In this document: piece by piece, positions 52,560 through 54,076 of the stretch
Numbering within the stretch: the stretch's first letter is position 1
Layout: every line of letters begins with the position of its first letter
Assembly (NCBI GenBank): GCA_049623485.1
Contig: JBMZTB010000003.1
Coordinates: forward strand, 1-54,076
Source: Candidatus Poseidoniaceae archaeon
Lineage (GTDB): Archaea; Thermoplasmatota; Poseidoniia; Poseidoniales; Poseidoniaceae
Direction: 5' to 3'
DNA: 54,076 nt
Notes under the pieces: generated by a model
The model's database searches: none
The model's input: the letters and a program-made list of their open reading frames with translations, nothing else
What the model was told of the DNA's origin: nothing
Program-made: the position numbers and the translations under genes

Positions 52560-53258
52560 TTAATCATCTTTTAGCAAATCATCAACATCTGAAAGCGTGG
52601 ATTTCCAATCGTCTTTTTTCTGTCTTTGTTGGTGAATCTCTTCAGCTTCAATAATATCCAATAACTCTTGATCAACACCCTTTCCCTTTGCTTGAATGTC
52701 GACACGAGCAGCCATTTCTTTATCTTCCCCAGTTCGATCAGAACGATCAACCGACGGTATATTTTGGCTTGGAACAGTTCTGCCTTTATGATACTCTGAA
52801 TTATCTAACTCATCTTCTCTCCATGCTTCTTCACCAATATGGCGAGCTACGTCTGGTGATGGAGGAGAATCTTTCCATTTGTTTTTATTCGCTATTGCTT
52901 GGATGAGGTTACTCTTTGTCGCGTTTCGTTGTTGCTGAAACGTTTCTACAATATCTTCCTCAGTAAGTGGACTTGGTTTTGATACAAGCTTGGAAGCAAG
53001 TATTTGTTGTTCTTCGAGAGCTTTACCATGTATAGGATCATTATCGAAGCGGTGTGGTGCTGCAGTCATGGCTAACAACTCCTTGGCAAATTGAAAAAAA
53101 GCGTCATCAGGAGGGGCTTTAGCAATCCTGTCACGTATTGATTCATGGTGTCCAATACAGGTCTTACATCGTGCACTACCAGTATCATCCGGTTCATCAC
53201 AACGAAGACAACAAGCCTGTAAGCCCATATTTTTCATTGCACGACGGGGCATCGACAT
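52560..53258 (-). CDS. Hypothetical protein with N-terminal zinc ribbon and acidic C-terminus
   Basis: 'CLRCDEPDDTGSARCKTC' (CxxC-x11-CxxC). No TM segment and no recognised family. Confidence 0.5.
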   Translation of the reverse strand: MSMPRRAMKNMGLQACCLRCDEPDDTGSARCKTCIGHHESIRDRIAKAPPDDAFFQFAKELLAMTAAPHRFDNDPIHGKALEEQQILASKLVSKPSPLTEEDIVETFQQQRNATKSNLIQAIANKNKWKDSPPSPDVARHIGEEAWREDELDNSEYHKGRTVPSQNIPSVDRSDRTGEDKEMAARVDIQAKGKGVDQELLDIIEAEEIHQQRQKKDDWKSTLSDVDDLLKDD

Positions 53259-53454
53259 GAGATTCTATTGTCCCTAACCGTCCAACCTCATGAAGTCTCG
53301 TACATCGCGAGCGAGCCTTCAAAGAGCACCAACGGCTGAGAAAGACATGGTTCGGGACCCAAGGGCTGACATTCTTGAGACCAATCCATTTGCTGGCTCG
53401 CAGCCCCGCATTCATCGAGTTCATGCAAATGAACCCCCCGCATCGCGTAACCCC

Positions 53455-54076
53455 ATGGAAGGATTTTTCCAGGCTATGTCACAAACACAACCTAAACTTC
53501 ACAAAGGTGGGATTTGGCATTTTAGTGAAGTCGAGAAAACTCATCTTCTTTACGCTACAGGAGCCTTTACTCTCGCCTTGGGTTTCATGAGTGCTGGCGG
53601 ATTAGCAGGTATGAGGGAAGGATTCTCTCCGTGGTTGATACAAGTACTCATTGCTATGCCAATCATGCTTATTGCAGTTGGTCCAGCTTTTGTCCTCCAT
53701 GAAATAGGTCACAAAATTGTTGCAAAGAAAAATGGTTGTTGGGCTGAATTTAGAGCAGATCCCAAAGGACTCCAATTCGGAATGTTTCTTGCTTTTTTCT
53801 TAGGCATTCTCTTCATGGCTCCAGGGGCTGTTATGGTTGCTGGCCTTGTTACCAGACGTCAAAATGGGCATATTGCCATCGCAGGCCCGCTGGTTAATCT
53901 TGGATTATTCATAGTAGGAATTCCGCTCGGAGCACTCATATTGATCTTAACGAATGCACAAGACTACAGCTCAATGGAATATCTTGCTGATGGTACGCTT
54001 GTATGGCAAGCCATGGTTTACGATGCAGTCGTGTATTGGATAGGCGCAAACCTCATCCTCGGGATATTCAACATGA
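53455..54076 (+). CDS. M50 (site-2 protease) family membrane metalloprotease, 3'-truncated by the window edge
   Basis: Translated by hand because the ORF track omits it (no stop): 'MEGFFQAM...GPAFVLHEIGHKIVAKKNGCWAEF...IAIAGPLVNLGLF', with HExxH inside a TM helix. In-frame upstream ATGs at 53347 and 53290 are alternative starts; the frame opens after a TAA at 53275-53277. Confidence 0.7.
   Translation, partial: MEGFFQAMSQTQPKLHKGGIWHFSEVEKTHLLYATGAFTLALGFMSAGGLAGMREGFSPWLIQVLIAMPIMLIAVGPAFVLHEIGHKIVAKKNGCWAEFRADPKGLQFGMFLAFFLGILFMAPGAVMVAGLVTRRQNGHIAIAGPLVNLGLFIVGIPLGALILILTNAQDYSSMEYLADGTLVWQAMVYDAVVYWIGANLILGIFNM

Noticed and set aside
1-54076. CRISPR arrays, rRNA genes, IS elements, transposases and toxin-antitoxin or classic defence operons
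   Set aside because: I scanned the spacers and ORF translations. I found no regularly spaced direct repeats, no rRNA-like stretches, and no DDE/HUH/recombinase or restriction-modification motifs. The NERD protein is the only nuclease-related stand-alone gene, and it lacks defence-system partners.

Overview
Densely coding archaeal chromosomal segment with about 50 CDS, very short spacers and many 1-4 nt start/stop overlaps. Archaeal hallmarks are diphthine synthase, Trm5, GGGP synthase, geranylgeranyl reductase, prefoldin alpha, ribosomal protein L18Ae/LX and FtsY. The window also holds a proteorhodopsin-type opsin, a crtI/crtB/crtY/blh retinal cluster and several large secreted peptidases and surface proteins. 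Together with the moderate G+C, this looks like a planktonic marine Thermoplasmatota genome (Marine Group II / Poseidoniales-like); that is my inference, not a database result. I saw no rRNA, CRISPR array, transposase or integrase. A partial tRNA-Asp(GTC) sits at the left edge. A partial M50 (site-2) protease ORF runs off the right edge and is missing from the ORF track because it has no stop. Most notable observations: (1) a MamK-like actin gene followed by a 424-aa acidic coiled-coil gene, with no magnetosome context; (2) an opsin with a D-T-K helix-C motif (Lys at the proton-donor position, as in Exiguobacterium ESR), Met at the tuning site and a long Cys-containing N-terminal extension; (3) the retinal cluster sits exactly between the parts of a tungstate/molybdate cluster (moeA, fused tupBC ... 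tupA) in a more AT-rich stretch; (4) a YHYH-domain/thrombospondin-repeat surface protein coupled to an SCO1-type copper chaperone; (5) several orphan or oddly fused genes: a 599-aa unknown, an SSS transporter with a 186-aa tail, a tail-anchored receiver domain, a ferredoxin-Rossmann-AlaX overlap chain, and eukaryote-type GSII and OMP decarboxylase. All family calls come from motif recognition by eye; no searches were run.
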